64,000 nucleotides of DNA from contig OX597821.1 of the NCBI GenBank assembly GCA_951406725.2, positions 45,074,001 through 45,138,000 on the forward strand, in the 5' to 3' direction. Below, in pieces: positions 12,950 to 27,455 of the stretch; the first letter of the stretch is position 1, and each line of letters starts with the position of its first letter. The DNA comes from Octopus vulgaris. Its lineage: Eukaryota. A program made the position numbers and the translations under genes. The notes beneath the pieces were generated by a model, which saw nothing but the letters and a program-made list of their open reading frames with translations, did no database searches and had not been told where the DNA came from.

Positions 12950-14040
12950 GGTTTTAGATATATTTCAGTCGTGAAAATGAACGCTCAGCTGAACAATTTG
13001 TGATCATTAGTGTTAGAAATATACGAAAGGCGATATCTACTACATTTGGAAAGGCACACTCAATATTGTCTTCTAATATAATTTTATAAAGTTCAACACG
13101 ACTGAATCTAGTTTTTCTATTTTCTCTTACCCTGAAATTATGGCGCACAAATGAACGAAACAGCTCAAGCTCAGCTGAGAAATTACTATTGAAGTCCTCG
13201 GGGTAAGTATCAATCGGGTTTTGACAATATTAAGAATAGTTCTCAGCGTTAGTAGATGTTGAAGAGGCATTACGTGGTACACCACATAGAAAAGAAAAAC
13301 TTTTCTGCCCTTTTTTTTGGATATGTCCCCTCTTTTCATCTCAGTTGCAAGTTTGTCAACAAATTCTGGGAAAGGTGGTAACACGAAAATTATCTCTAGC
13401 ATTTAGATATACTCCTGGTGCAACTCCATCATGGGGTAGCTTCTTTCTAATACGTTTACGAGTTGCAGTTGCCTTGTAATCAACATCTGGTTACATTTTC
13501 TTGGCATCTTTTTCATATTTTTCAAATTCATCTCGTGAGGTGCACGTTTGCTCTGCTAATGATACATACAGATCTGCATATATTTTAAAGTTCACATCCT
13601 CATTTTGTAGACCTTTATTTACTCTGTAAAATTTCTGCAAAATCTCTTTCCAAAAATTCAACATGATAACGAATTCTAGCTCTTGCATCTTGTCTGCAGT
13701 ATTATTTGCCTCTCTCCTAGCATCTCCCTTTTGTGACTGATCTTCAGCTATATATTCTAAAGTATCCAAAATCTCAAGGAAAGATTTCAAAATCGCTTCT
13801 GTGGCCATAGCATGTGCGTCCCATCTTGTATCGGAGAGGGATTTTTAGACACTTTCATTATTAATACGATCTGTAAGAATTTTCCACCAGTCGGCTGAAA
13901 ACAAAAATGTAGAGTAACTGTACTGTAGTGAAGTCAACAGCACTTTGGCCAACCAGATTTAATGGATGAGCTGCACAGGGAACATTTATAGCAAACTTGT
14001 TTGTTTCTAAATTTTTGCTGCATCCATTTATAACATTCAA
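12950..14040 (-). pseudogene. hAT-superfamily transposase pseudogene
   Basis: Minus-strand fragments CAAHPLNLVG, LKSLSDTRW.AH and the dimerisation domain AFPNV.DIAFRIFLTLMITNCSAERSFSRLKYI. Frameshifted. Confidence 0.85.
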
Positions 14041-14407
14041 ACAGGTTAGTAGACCACAACCCTGGATCTTCTGCCAAATTGCGATTTTCTTCATGTTTTA
14101 CAGAATTAATTAATTCATTTGCAGTAGAGGTATCAGTATCATGAGAATTTACGGGCAAAATGAGATCACTCAGATTAGTTATGAGACTTGTGCTAGATGA
14201 ACGTGCTTGTGATATCTCGGTGATTCGAATGTCTTCATAATTTGATTCTGGAGTGATCAAAGAGGTATTTGCCATATTTGTGTTGATTTCTGAAGATGGA
14301 AATTGACTTTGACCCAAAATCTGTGCTTCATCATGTTGATGTTGTGGATCTTTTGTGAATCCGTTTCATCTTAGTTCTTGGGTGTCATATCATAGCTCAA
14401 GCTTGCT

Positions 14408-15220
14408 GTGGACAAATGTACCACCATGCATTTTGGGAGGAAAAACCCAGCGCCTACCTACACTAATCTCAAAAAGTCTTCTTGTGAACGTGACCTGGGC
14501 ATTATTGTCGACAGCGATTTGCATTGGACAAAACACATTGCTAAAATTGCCAAGAAGGCTGAGGGTGTCTTGGCATCACTTACCAAGTCCTTTGTGAGCT
14601 GCTCTCTGGCTATCTATCTGAGGCTTTATATAGCTATGGTGCGGCCTCATCTGGAATTTGCACCACCGGTCTGGAACCCCTATCTTGTCCAGGGTATTAA
14701 TCGTCTGGAAACCGTTCAGCGATGTGCAACCAAAAGAATACCCTCCATCAAGTATTTGCCATATTCTGAACGTCTTACTTCCCTGGGCATGGATACATTG
14801 AAACTCCGACGTCTGGCAGCTGACTTGGCAGACACCCATGAAATTATTAACCATCTTACTAATAATAACACTTAGCACCTTTTCAAACTCCACCTGTCTA
14901 ACACCCGTGAACATGTTTACAAAGTCAGAAAACAGCACAGCTCCCATGACTTTCGGAAACATTTTTTCACGCTAAGAGTTGCTGAAGTATGGAATAAACT
15001 GCCGGCATCAGTTGTCAGTTGTCGGAGCTCTGCATCCTTCAAAACGTCCATGCTTCCTGAGATTCGCCAACACTACACTTGATTTTCTTCCCTCCATACA
15101 CCCGCAAGCATGTATCTGACTCATACACTGTTCACTTTCAAGACATTTGTATATTACTGCATATGCCTTATACGCACTTTTGACAAGATGTGGTGCACCT
15201 GAGCACTGTATACAATAATT

Positions 15221-15277
<57 letters not shown>
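14408..15277 (+). mobile_element. CR1-type LINE, 5'-truncated 3' fragment with (ATT)n tail
   Basis: MHFGRKNP...ERDLGIIVDSDL.W..HI...VRPHLEFA..VWNPYL...LETVQR.ATKRIP...YSERL...RRLAADL, then 3' UTR and (ATT)n. Confidence 0.9.
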
Positions 15278-15282
<5 letters not shown>

Positions 15283-15947
15283 CATAATACTGAAAAAATA
15301 TTTTTAGAACGTCATACGAAGGTAAAAAAAAACATAGTTTTTTTTTTTTTTTCCAAAGTTTACTTTTTTCTACATACAAAAATTGATGTATCTATGTGAA
15401 ACGCTGGTCATATGTAAGGTACAAAAAAGCAAAATTTTATTTGACAATACGGAACAAAACCAAATAAATGAAATCAAAGCAATAAACAATCGAAACAGTA
15501 AAACTAAGACTGCATAACATATCTTTGTTTATGTGAGTTTAGTTTTATATTGTATGGAAATCAGTTAAACATTTAACATGGACACCGTCTTTACATTTAG
15601 TACAACTCGTGGGAGTCATGTTGTGGCAGTGACGATATCTCAGTATTTTTTTTTATCTGGTATGAATGCAGCAATTTTTATCTTGTAATTTTCATCACAA
15701 ATCATAACAAATAATTGTTTCCTTATATATATATATATATATATAAGAGACACCCATTTATGTATTCAATATATTTATACTATATATATATATATATATA
15801 TATAGTAGTAACAGAAAAGAAGAATTTCGATTATCCCCACGTGGTGAGTTGTAATCTATATAAGAAATTAAAAAAGGAAAATACGCACACTTACATGGTT
15901 TTAATATATATATATATATATCAAAATAAGCAACAAGAATGACTCCG

Positions 15948-16042
15948 GTAATTTGGTACGATCGTTTCGTACTACATCATTTTATTAAATGTTGTAAGTA
16001 TTACAACAGATTTAAGATGCTGAGTACTCATCAGCCAATTAT
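15948..16042 (-). ncRNA. Type I hammerhead ribozyme (mirror copy of 16394-16488)
   Basis: Reverse complement of the right-arm ribozyme. TCATCAG at 16028-16034. Confidence 0.85.
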
Positions 16043-16393
16043 AGAGGTTTTCCATTAATACAAAAATTTTCAAATCAAGTGGCAACATTATAGAGAAGGT
16101 AGATATATAGACCGTAGTGGTAAGTAATCCATCTAATCTTTCGGATAAATTCATTGGTTCTGTGGATCAACAGCCATATGTATTCGTCCTTACTGTATAA
16201 GGGGATATCCTTTGGGGAAAACTCTATATTTACCTTTTTCATCCTTAAGGACGAATACATATGGCTGTTGATCCACAGAACCAATGAATTTATCCGAAGG
16301 ATTATGGATTACTTACCACTACGGTCTATATGTCTACCTTCTCTATAATGTTGTCACTTGATTTGAAAATTTTTGTATTAATGGAAAACCTCT

Positions 16394-16488
16394 ATAATTG
16401 GCTGATGAGTACTCAGCATCTTAAATCTGTTGTAATACTTACAACATTTAATAAAATGATGTAGTACGAAACGATCGTACCAAATTAC
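16394..16488 (+). ncRNA. Type I hammerhead ribozyme, canonical core
   Basis: Stem I UAAUUGG/CCAAAUUA. CUGAUGA 16402-16408. Stem II GUACU/AGUAC capped by a long hairpin. GAAA 16468-16471, palindromic CGAUCG, GUA triplet (cut after 16479). Confidence 0.85.
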
Positions 16489-16619
16489 CGGAGTCATTCT
16501 TGTTGCTTATTTTGATTATAATCACCCTACGGATTTTTATGGATAACACCATACAGAATTCTGGTGCGTCTAAATTAAGTACCATATTTATTTGAATCTA
16601 AATATTTGCTGAGCTTATT

Positions 16620-16820
16620 ATCATCATCATCATCATCATCGTTTAGCGTCCGCTTTCCATGCTGGCATGGGTTGGACGTTGCAACTGGGGTCTGGGAAGC
16701 CAGAAGGCTGCACCAGGCCCAGTCTGATCTGGCAATGTTTCTACGGCTGGATGCCCTTCCTAACGCCAACCACTCCATGAGTGTAGTGGGTGCCTTTTAC
16801 GTGCCACCTGCACAGGTGAT
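16620..16820 (-). mobile_element. SINE (family D) with (GAT)n tail
   Basis: (CAT)n-CGTTTAGCGTCCGCTTTCCATGCTGGCATGGGTTGGACG...GGCTGGATGCCCTTCCTAACGCCAACC. Related copies at ~8370-8600, 10330-10475 and 63150-63345. Confidence 0.75.
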
Positions 16821-16939
16821 ATATATATATATATATATATATAGTAGTAACAGAAAAGAAGAATTTCGATTATCCCCACGTGGTGAGTTGTAATGTATAT
16901 GAGAAATTAAAAAAGGAAAATACGCACACTTACAAAGTT

Positions 16940-16985
<46 letters not shown>

Positions 16986-17469
16986 ACCTAAAGGGAACAA
17001 GAGATACCCGTTTATATATATAATATATGTAATATATATGTAACGTATATTATGAGCAAAGAAAATGGTAAAAAAACAAAATTAGTATGACAAGTAGCGA
17101 AATTAGTTTGCTACTGACAAATTTAATAAAGAAATAATTGGAAATTTTTAAGGGTCATTAAAGGTTCAACCCAGCAGAAAAAAAAAAGTGGAAAACATCA
17201 ATTTTTTAATTTAGCATGTAATTTTTTAATATTTTGTATAGCGATACATTTAAATATACAAAATGAAAATTTTTGAATAAAAAACTTACCGTATTTTTAA
17301 AAAGTGTAAAAAATTCAAATATAATGATAAAAAAGCGAAGTGAAGAAGATAAATTGTAAACTCAATGAAGAAGGTGAAGTAAACAAGTATGAAATTATTA
17401 TGTGACTGAGGAATTTTTGTTTAGTATTCACTAATGACCAACGCATCAATCATCATATTTGATACATTG

Positions 17470-17731
17470 TTTTGTTCCTTCTCGAGCCATGCCTGGCTCA
17501 TAAGGGCCGGTTTCCCGGTTTCCTTGGCGGTCCGTCGCAGGTGAGCTGCAAGATGCAGGAGGAAAGAGTGAGAGAAAGTTGTGGCGAAAGAGTCAGCAGA
17601 AGTTCGCGATTACCTTCTGCGGGAGCCGCGTGGGGCTTAGGTGTTTCGCTCATAAACACACACATCGCCCGCTCTGAGATTCGAACCCGCGATGCGTCGA
17701 CCGCGAGTTCGCTGCTCTAAACACTAGGCCA
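17470..17731 (-). mobile_element. tRNA-derived SINE (family C)
   Basis: Minus-strand TGGCCTAGTGTTTAGAGCAGCG (A box) ... GGTTCGAATCTC (B box). Homologous to 27120-27455 and 32450-32745. Confidence 0.75.
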
Positions 17732-18489
17732 ATATTTGATACGTTGACAAAAATGATATATTTATACACATGTGAAATGATTTTATTAGATTACAAGTTT
17801 AAAATCATAAATTACAATATATATGAAGAATGTTAGAGAGAAAAATTTTGGTATAGTTTTGGAAAATCAACAAGTTTCGCAAAATGAAAATCTCTACTAA
17901 AAAAATGGTTTTTTCGTTTACAAAAATAAAATTTTTATGTGAAATAAGATTAATATTTTTACCAAAACCATAATTTAAATTTATTATAGGTTTTTTCAAG
18001 CACTTATGTTGTTTCATATTTATTTTTATACATTTTATGTCTCAAATCAGAGATAAATTGATTGATAATGATTCTTATATGAATTGGTGGCATAAATGAT
18101 ATATGAAGCAAACGATTCATTATAATTTCAATAGACGAAACACTAAATATAATGGACAAACAAAGCTGAGTGTGCTATATATTGACATGCGTGACGCGTC
18201 ATGAAATGAAGATCATCCTGAACCAGCAACAGTTTTCAACTAATCTAAGAACTTACAAGCTACCTGACACTTGCACTGATTCGAACGCATACTATACGTG
18301 TTCAAAACTTGTATAACTTCCAGCCTGTTGCACAGCGTATTTCATTTATTTATAAACAGAAATTTTTGCATTAAAATTTGAAGATGGCTATAAATTCATT
18401 TCTTCATTTCAGTAGTAAAACCAGCTATGCGGCAACCCCGCATCCATAGAAGAGGGTGAAGAGATGGCGCTCCTCTTTCCTTGATGCCT

Positions 18490-18530
18490 TAAGCACGTGC
18501 TTATTTTGCTTATAGGTTAATCCAGCACTG
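18490..18530. mobile_element. hAT-like terminal inverted repeat (right end)
   Basis: ...GCTTATAGGTTAATCCAGCACTG (reverse complement CAGTGCTGGATTAACC). Matching left TIR not found. Confidence 0.4.
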
Positions 18531-18622
18531 GGTGTCCTTCAGCAAGTCCCTTTACGTGATGTTGCTCCAATCAACTTAGCTGAAGGTAAATAGCACTAGA
18601 AGTAGCTGCAGTTAATCTTCCG

Positions 18623-18813
18623 ATGTATGTATGTATGTATGTATGTATGTATGTATGTATGTATGTATGTATGTATGTATGTATGTATGTATGTATGTAT
18701 GTATGTATGTATGTATGTATGTATGTATGTATGTATGTATGTATGTATGTATGTATGTATGTATGTATGTATGTATGTATGTATGTATGTATGTATGTAT
18801 GTATGTATGTATG
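18623..18813 (+). repeat. (ATGT)n microsatellite
   Basis: Perfect tetranucleotide array. Confidence 0.98.
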
Positions 18814-19260
18814 TACAGGGGTTGGCCAAAATAATGGAAACACCTAGCATCACAGCATCAATTTTGAAATATCTGTAAAACCGCCTAAAGCTTGTTTATT
18901 TTTATGTTTTTTGATTTTTATGTTTTTTGCATAATGTGTTTTGCTAAAATTGCTGTTTCTCTTCAGATATCATCAGAAAAAGGTAATTAAAATTCATTAA
19001 AATGACAGATCGGACTTTCAAAGAGGTCAAATTGTTGGTCCTCGTATGGCAGGCGCCAACGTAACGAAAATAGCCGAAATGTTTGGTGTATCAAGAAGTA
19101 CTGTCTCGAAAGTAATGACAGCCTTTGAGAAAGAGGGAAACATCTCCTCATCGAAACAAAACTCCGGAAAAAACCCCAAAACTTTCAGATAGGGATCACA
19201 AAAGTACCGGTCCCAAAATTATTGCAGAGCTTAATGACCACCTCTTTGATAGGAAAATTT
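18814..19260 (+). mobile_element. Tc1-like transposon left end and transposase N-terminal remnant
   Basis: TA|CAGGGGTTGGCCAAAATAATGGAAACACC terminus. Frameshifted DFQRGQIVG.RMAGANVTKIAEMFGVSRSTVSKVMTAFEKEG...PKLSDRD. Confidence 0.85.
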
Positions 19261-21581
19261 CTGTCAGTACCATCATTGCATGTGCAGACAAGGGCCTCTC
19301 TGAACCTCACTTCACCAGCTCTGCTGTGGCCCGAGACTCGCTTATTTATCCCACACTCTTCTACCTGTAAATTAACGAACTTATTACAGTTACCTTCAAC
19401 AAAACTCATTCCTCTCAACCGTAATCTTCCTCAAATATATGTAACATAGACATCTCATATTAAACATACACCATCAACAGAGACTTAGAAGGCACTCCAT
19501 AATGGGAACTCGAAAATTTTGTTTCATTCATCAATACAACGATACAGTATTTGTGCATATATTTGAAAACCTGTGATTAAAATTATATCCCACATCCCTC
19601 TCTCTTGTCTTGGACAACATGTAATTAACACTCATCAAAGTCCAGCCTTTGACCTTATCTTGGTGGGAAGGTTAAACGAGTGAGTGTCAGAACTATGCAG
19701 TTAGAGACTTCGAGTCCCTGGTAGGACCACCCAAAGCGGACAGGTCTGACGCCGGCAGTGCTAGGGCCGCAACCCGGCTAACTGGATCGCGTCTGCAGGC
19801 ATCCTGCAGCAATAAGGCGTAACACGAGGACGAACTGCTACCGATCGTGTACGGTGGCTTACGAATACAGATGGGAACAGTTTTCGCGAACTTTGATAAT
19901 CTTTTGAAACTCCTATGAACTCAAAAAGAGCTGCTTTAACCCCTGCCGGGTGAATACCTTTACAAGACTTGATGAGTTACAAGACTCATCAAGACTTAAT
20001 ATTTCTTACTTGTCCTACACCACATAACACAACAAAATTTCATCCCCAGAGATTAAGTTTCCTCTTCAGGACCATGAGATACTTCAGCTCGCATTAGCTC
20101 CTGACTCTTCAAATCTCAAGCATTAGCCATAATGGAATATTTCTTCCGTATCTAAGACGGTGCCACTGCTGATGCTGCTATACATACAAATCTTTTAGAT
20201 TACACCCAAAAGATGTAATAAGTTGGCAACGATGATCTCTATTCTTCATATTACTTCCAGTCAAACTCACCCGTCATATTTATTGCTTCTCATCCTGTTT
20301 CTCCCCTTTTAAACCCGGCACTAATTTCCATACCCAGTCCTTTCTTCGGAGGATGTCAACTTCCTACAAGTTTCTTGCTACCACTTTTTTTTTTTACTAC
20401 AGACCTCGATTTGCAAGTGTTAAAACTGAACATCAACCACGTCTATCTATAGTTTGGGAGTGAGACTTGCCAAATACAGGACACAAAATTCTTTCTTCCT
20501 CAACGAAACGTTTGTCATTAGCAGATGTTAGAACAGGTAGAGTGCCTAAACAACTATCTCCAATTCGAATCTGGCGGGATCGACTTTGATTTCAATATCT
20601 GGAGCCAATAAAATAAATACCGGTAATATTTTGGCGTTTGTTTGCCTCAGCTATGCCTCCACCAGCCTCTATAAATCGGTAAATTGTATATCCCGAGAGA
20701 TCCTTTATTTCCAAACAGGTGAACAGTTATATTAAGAATAAAACAATGCACATCAAAGTACACATACTTTCAAGTCATTTGCCGCAAAATTGGCACCTAA
20801 GCACCAAAGCTAGACACATCACTTACTGTGAAGGATGATTGACAAATCTGAATAAAACATCTGCTTTTATTCTGGTTTGATTAACTTCCTCACCACCTCA
20901 AGACAGTAGAATCTATTTCTGTTTACAATAACATAATTTAAAAATTTTAAAATAAATGTGAACTGGTGAAATATGTAAAGAACGGATGAAAGAGAATGAA
21001 TTTAATTCAAATATTGACTAGTATGGCATGTATTTGGATAATTAAAATATGATGAAGCAGTTTTTTTTTCTTTATTATAAATATGCTTGAGTTACAACAA
21101 AGTTAAATTTAGACACAAAATTTTCTTCTAATGAAAGGAAAGCTAAGATAAAAACCAATAAAATAAACAAAAACAAAATCTCCCCCAATTCCGTCTCTAC
21201 AAAACAAATAAAAGCAATATTTTAGTATCTGAATAGAACTATTGAACACGATAACCTAATTTCCAGGGAAATTTCTTGAGAAATTAAATTTAAATTTAAT
21301 TCCTCTTCCATCATATCTTTAAAGCGAAAGCTGCTGACTCTCGCTAAAAGATAAACCAAATTACAGAGGGATTATAATTTTTTTTGCTGCCAATCTATCA
21401 AATAGGATTTCGATTATCACATAAAATTTCAAACACTCATTAATCAATCACCTTTTAATATCATTATTGTTATTATTATTGTTGTTGTTATTACTATTGC
21501 TGTTGCTTTTGATGTTGTATTTATTGTTGTTGCTGTTATTATTATTATTATTATTATTATTATCATTATTATTATTATTAG

Positions 21582-21790
21582 CAAGGTGGTGAACTAGCGG
21601 AATATTTAACATGTTGGGAAAATGCTAAGCGGCATTTCTTCCGGCTTTGTGTTCAGAGTTCAAATTTCGCTGAGATCGACTTTGCCTTTGAGCACTGGGG
21701 TTGAGTACCAGTTGAGCACTGGGGTTGTTGTAATCGACTAGCCTCTCTTCCCAAATCTCAGGCCTTTGTGCCTATGATAGAATGGTTTAT
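21582..21790 (+). mobile_element. tRNA-derived SINE (family A, diverged)
   Basis: AAGGTGGTGAACTAGCGGAAT...GAGTTCAAATTTCGCTGAGATCGACTTTGCC. Confidence 0.75.
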
Positions 21791-22535
21791 TATTATTATT
21801 GAAGACGTCACAGTATCAAATATCGTGATGTGAATTGAAGCTATTGTGTTTACCGGGGATTTGTACAGTCTGTCAAGTCACAAGGACTTCAGACAGACAG
21901 TACTTTACGCAGTATGCGTGCAGTTCCAAGTAATGCCGATTTTTGCAATACACCTAAATTGTAGGGTATTTCTAAAGTTTCCAGAAGTTTATTGCGGTTG
22001 CATGGTATTGAACCCAATACTCCGATGACTACAGGGAAGCATTTATGCTTGATTCTCGAAGCTGCCATATCTTGGCGATCTCAATTCTTAGGTCTCCATA
22101 TTTATCCATCTTTTATCTTTCTTTCATGATGATATATTGATCTCCTGGCCACGTCGGTTGTTAGGCACACTTGTTTATCCCTCCTAAAGGTTACTATATT
22201 CGGCCGTCGATGCTCTAACACCTTGTCTGTTTAGAAGTCAAAATCCCAGAGGATCATTGCCTACCTCTTTTCGTCCATTACCTTTTCCGGTGTTGGTACC
22301 AAGCACCCTTTACCTCGTATCCATGCTTACGGCATTGTAGCCAGTGAAGGTTTTGGGCTACTTTGTTGTGTCTGCGCTTGTACTCTTTCTGCGCAAGAAT
22401 TTCGTAAGCACAAATAATGTGAGTCACGCTTTCGACCCTCTTCCCACACATTCTGCAGAGGTCCGTGGTACTTGTGTGGTATATATTATTTTTCGCTGAG
22501 TTGGTATTCAATGCCTGGTTCTGTGCTATTATTAT
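21790..22535 (-). mobile_element. R4/Dong-like non-LTR retrotransposon, 3' fragment (copy A)
   Basis: IIAQNQALNTNS...DLCRMCG...HIICAYEILAQKEYKRRHNKVA..LHW (CCHC knuckle and RH motif ahead of a restriction-like endonuclease). Ends in (TAA)n. Confidence 0.8.
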
Positions 22536-22561
22536 CCTCCTCCTCCTCCTCCTCCTCCTCC

Positions 22562-24905
<2,344 letters not shown>

Positions 24906-25257
24906 TGTTTAGTACAATATGACACAACTACTACGATTTATTTTATTGACTTCGGATGAATAAAATGCAGATTCGACCTTGTGTTAATTTAAATACTGAA
25001 CCATTAAAATAAAGTTTTATAATTTGTAACATTCAGCTTGTTATGGCATGTATCCGTGTGTATTACGCTGTAAATAACCTTGGATCTTAACTATGGAACT
25101 AAAATGATGACATAACGGACATTTTTTGATATAACGAAAGAATGTTATTGAAGATCTACAAATTTATTTATCGATACACAAACGAGATTTCATAAAACCT
25201 GTAATTTTACACATCCCCCACTAATGTTAGACTGATTTATAGAGAGACGTGTGTGTG

Positions 25258-25770
25258 TGTAATTCAGGATGAGTGTTGGCTTCATCACTTTGAGCCAGAA
25301 ACAAAGAGACAATCCATGCAGTGGAAACATTTCCTCCTCACTTGCACTAAAGAAGGCTATGGTCGTTTCATCTGCTGGTTAGGTGATGGCCTCAACATTT
25401 TGGGATGCAGAAGGCATTGTGCTATTTACTATTTTCAAAAGGGTACACCATCAATGGCGAGAATTATGCCAAATTGCTGAGGCAGTTACGAAAGGTTATC
25501 AAAGCCAAACGCCCAGGAAAACTGACGAATGAAGTCTTGTTTTATGAGGACAATGCTCCAGCACACAAGTCTTTAGTTTCAATGGTTACTGTGGTGCGTG
25601 ACGTTGACTTTGGGCTGGTTGATCAGTCACCTTATTCTCCTTATTTGGCCTCACCTGACTCTCATCTGTTTCCCAACCTGAAAAAAGTCTTGGCTAAGAA
25701 CCAGTATCGCAGCGGCGATGATGTCATATCTGCTGTTACTAGCAGCAGTTACTTTTGAAGTCTTCTTTGA
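25258..25770 (+). pseudogene. Mariner transposase fragment
   Basis: DECWLHHFEPETKRQSMQWKH, KGYTINGENYAKLL, EDNAPAHKS, PYSPYLASPDSHLFPNLKK. Confidence 0.9.
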
Positions 25771-27119
25771 ACAGTCCGATGTCAGTTTACCTGGAAAGAA
25801 ACAATGCAATTACAACTAAGGAGATTTAAAATTAATGCATGCTAGATTTCACAGCTCTAGCATCACTCTTTCATAGTCAACCTATGAGTTTTTGTAGCCC
25901 ACCCTCGGATGTACGCAGTGTATGCAGCAAGAATATTTGTGTAGTGTGTGTATGTGTGTGTGTGTGTGCCTACGTGTGTGTGTATTGTATGTACGTAGCA
26001 TGTATATATGTGTGTGTGTATGGACTTATGTATGGTGTGTTTGAAGGAGTGTATGGTGCATTTGAAGGGATGTGTATGTGTGTGTAACTTATGTAGCGCG
26101 TGTGTGTATAGTGTATTGTGTATGGTGCATGTATGTAGTATGCGTGTGTGTATGTGTGTTAGTATAGACTTATGTGTGGTATGTTAGAAGGAATGCATGT
26201 GTGTGTAATGTAAATGGGTAGTGTATGTGTGTAGTGTGTGTATCTATGTATGCATGTGTGTATCTATATGTGTGTTTGTATGGACGTAGTGTATTTGAAG
26301 GAATGCACGTATGGCATGTTTAGAGGGTCGTCTGTGTGTGTGTGTGTGCGTGTGTGTGTGTGTGCGTGTGTGTGTGTGCGTGTGTGTGTGTGTGCGTGTG
26401 TGTGGTATGCGTATTGATATGGTCACGTGTGTGGTGCCTTGGGAGTATCCGAGGTGTGTGAAATGAAGCGCTAAATATAACACAGTGTCTGGGTTGGTCT
26501 TTCTGATTTTATTTGAAAACTGTTTACGATATTATTGTAATGACGGAGTTTTATTTAGATATTCTCCAATAGAATGTTCTGTCAAATTAAATCAACCAAA
26601 TGAATAAGTACATAAAAGTAAGTGAAATCCAATTTAATGAAACAGTAAAACGTGTTGAAATGGAATAAATTGCTGATAAAATTGGTCTCAGCATAAAAAA
26701 AAAAAAAAAAAAAAAAGGAGGGAAAATCAATCACTCGAGAAAAAGGAGGGAAAATTAGAAAAATAAGCGAAATAGAATCTGAATATAACTTTAACAAAAT
26801 CATTGATAAACTATTCCCCTACACCATCATTAACATCTTAATCCTCAATAACCCCTTGATCATCATTGAAACAGCAGAGGCAGCAGCAGTAGCAGCAACG
26901 ACGTCGAGATCAAAGGAACTATAGAATTACTCGCAGCAACAACAACAGCACAACAAGAACAAGAAGAAGAACAACAAAATCATCAGCTGTTGCAGTAGTG
27001 ACAAGAACAACAGCTGTAACAACAATTAGAGCAGCTAAAACACTGCAGCCAATCACCACTACCACCACCAACTACACTAAAAGCATTAACAACAACAGCC
27101 ACAACAGCAACAGCAAGTG

Positions 27120-27455
27120 GAGGTGCAATGGCCCAATGGTTAGGGCAGCGGACTCGCGGTTTCGATTCCCAGACCGGGCGTTGTGTGTGTTTATTGATCG
27201 AAAACACCTAAAAGCTCCACGAGGCTCGGACAGGGGGTGGTGGTGACCCCTGTTGTATTCTTTCGCCCCAACTTTCTCTCACTCTTTCTTCCTGTTTCTT
27301 GTCCCCGACTTCCTACGCAACCGCTGAGCCTGGATGCTCACTCATCCATCCGTCGACGCTCTCGGTGTCGGGGGTTGACCTGCTTTCTCTTCTGCGGGTC
27401 TTACGAATAGCAAAGGACCACGTTTCGGACTTCTCCCACGAAGACCGCTTCGCTC
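27120..27455 (+). mobile_element. tRNA-derived SINE (family C)
   Basis: TGGCCCAATGGTTAGGGCAGCGGACTC...TTCGATTCCCAGACCGGGCGTTGTGTGTGTTTATTGA. Confidence 0.8.

Larger units (their letters stand above)
15921..16615. mobile_element. Fold-back Penelope-like pLTR element, family 1 (arms 15921-16192 / 16246-16515)
   Basis: ~270-bp near-perfect inverted arms, ~53-bp spacer, unpaired tail. Hammerhead in each arm. Minus-strand peptide MKKVNIEFSPKDIPLYSKDEYIWLLIHRTNEFIRKIRW resembles a PLE ORF N-terminus. Confidence 0.85.
15804..16943 (+). repeat. Pair of ~100-bp direct repeats (15804-15903 and 16844-16943), each between (TA)n tracts
   Basis: GTAGTAACAGAAAAGAAGAATTTCGATTATCCCCACGTGGTGAGTTGTAAT...TACGCACACTTACA in both copies. 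Confidence 0.9.

Noticed and set aside
15436-15506. TTGACAA...GAAACAGTA as another U3-A8 hammerhead
   Set aside because: Neither stem I nor stem II pairs, so this is likely a chance match in AT-rich DNA.
18571-18878. MYVC/HTYI repeat ORFs, and similar YI-repeat ORFs across the window
   Set aside because: Translations of simple repeats.
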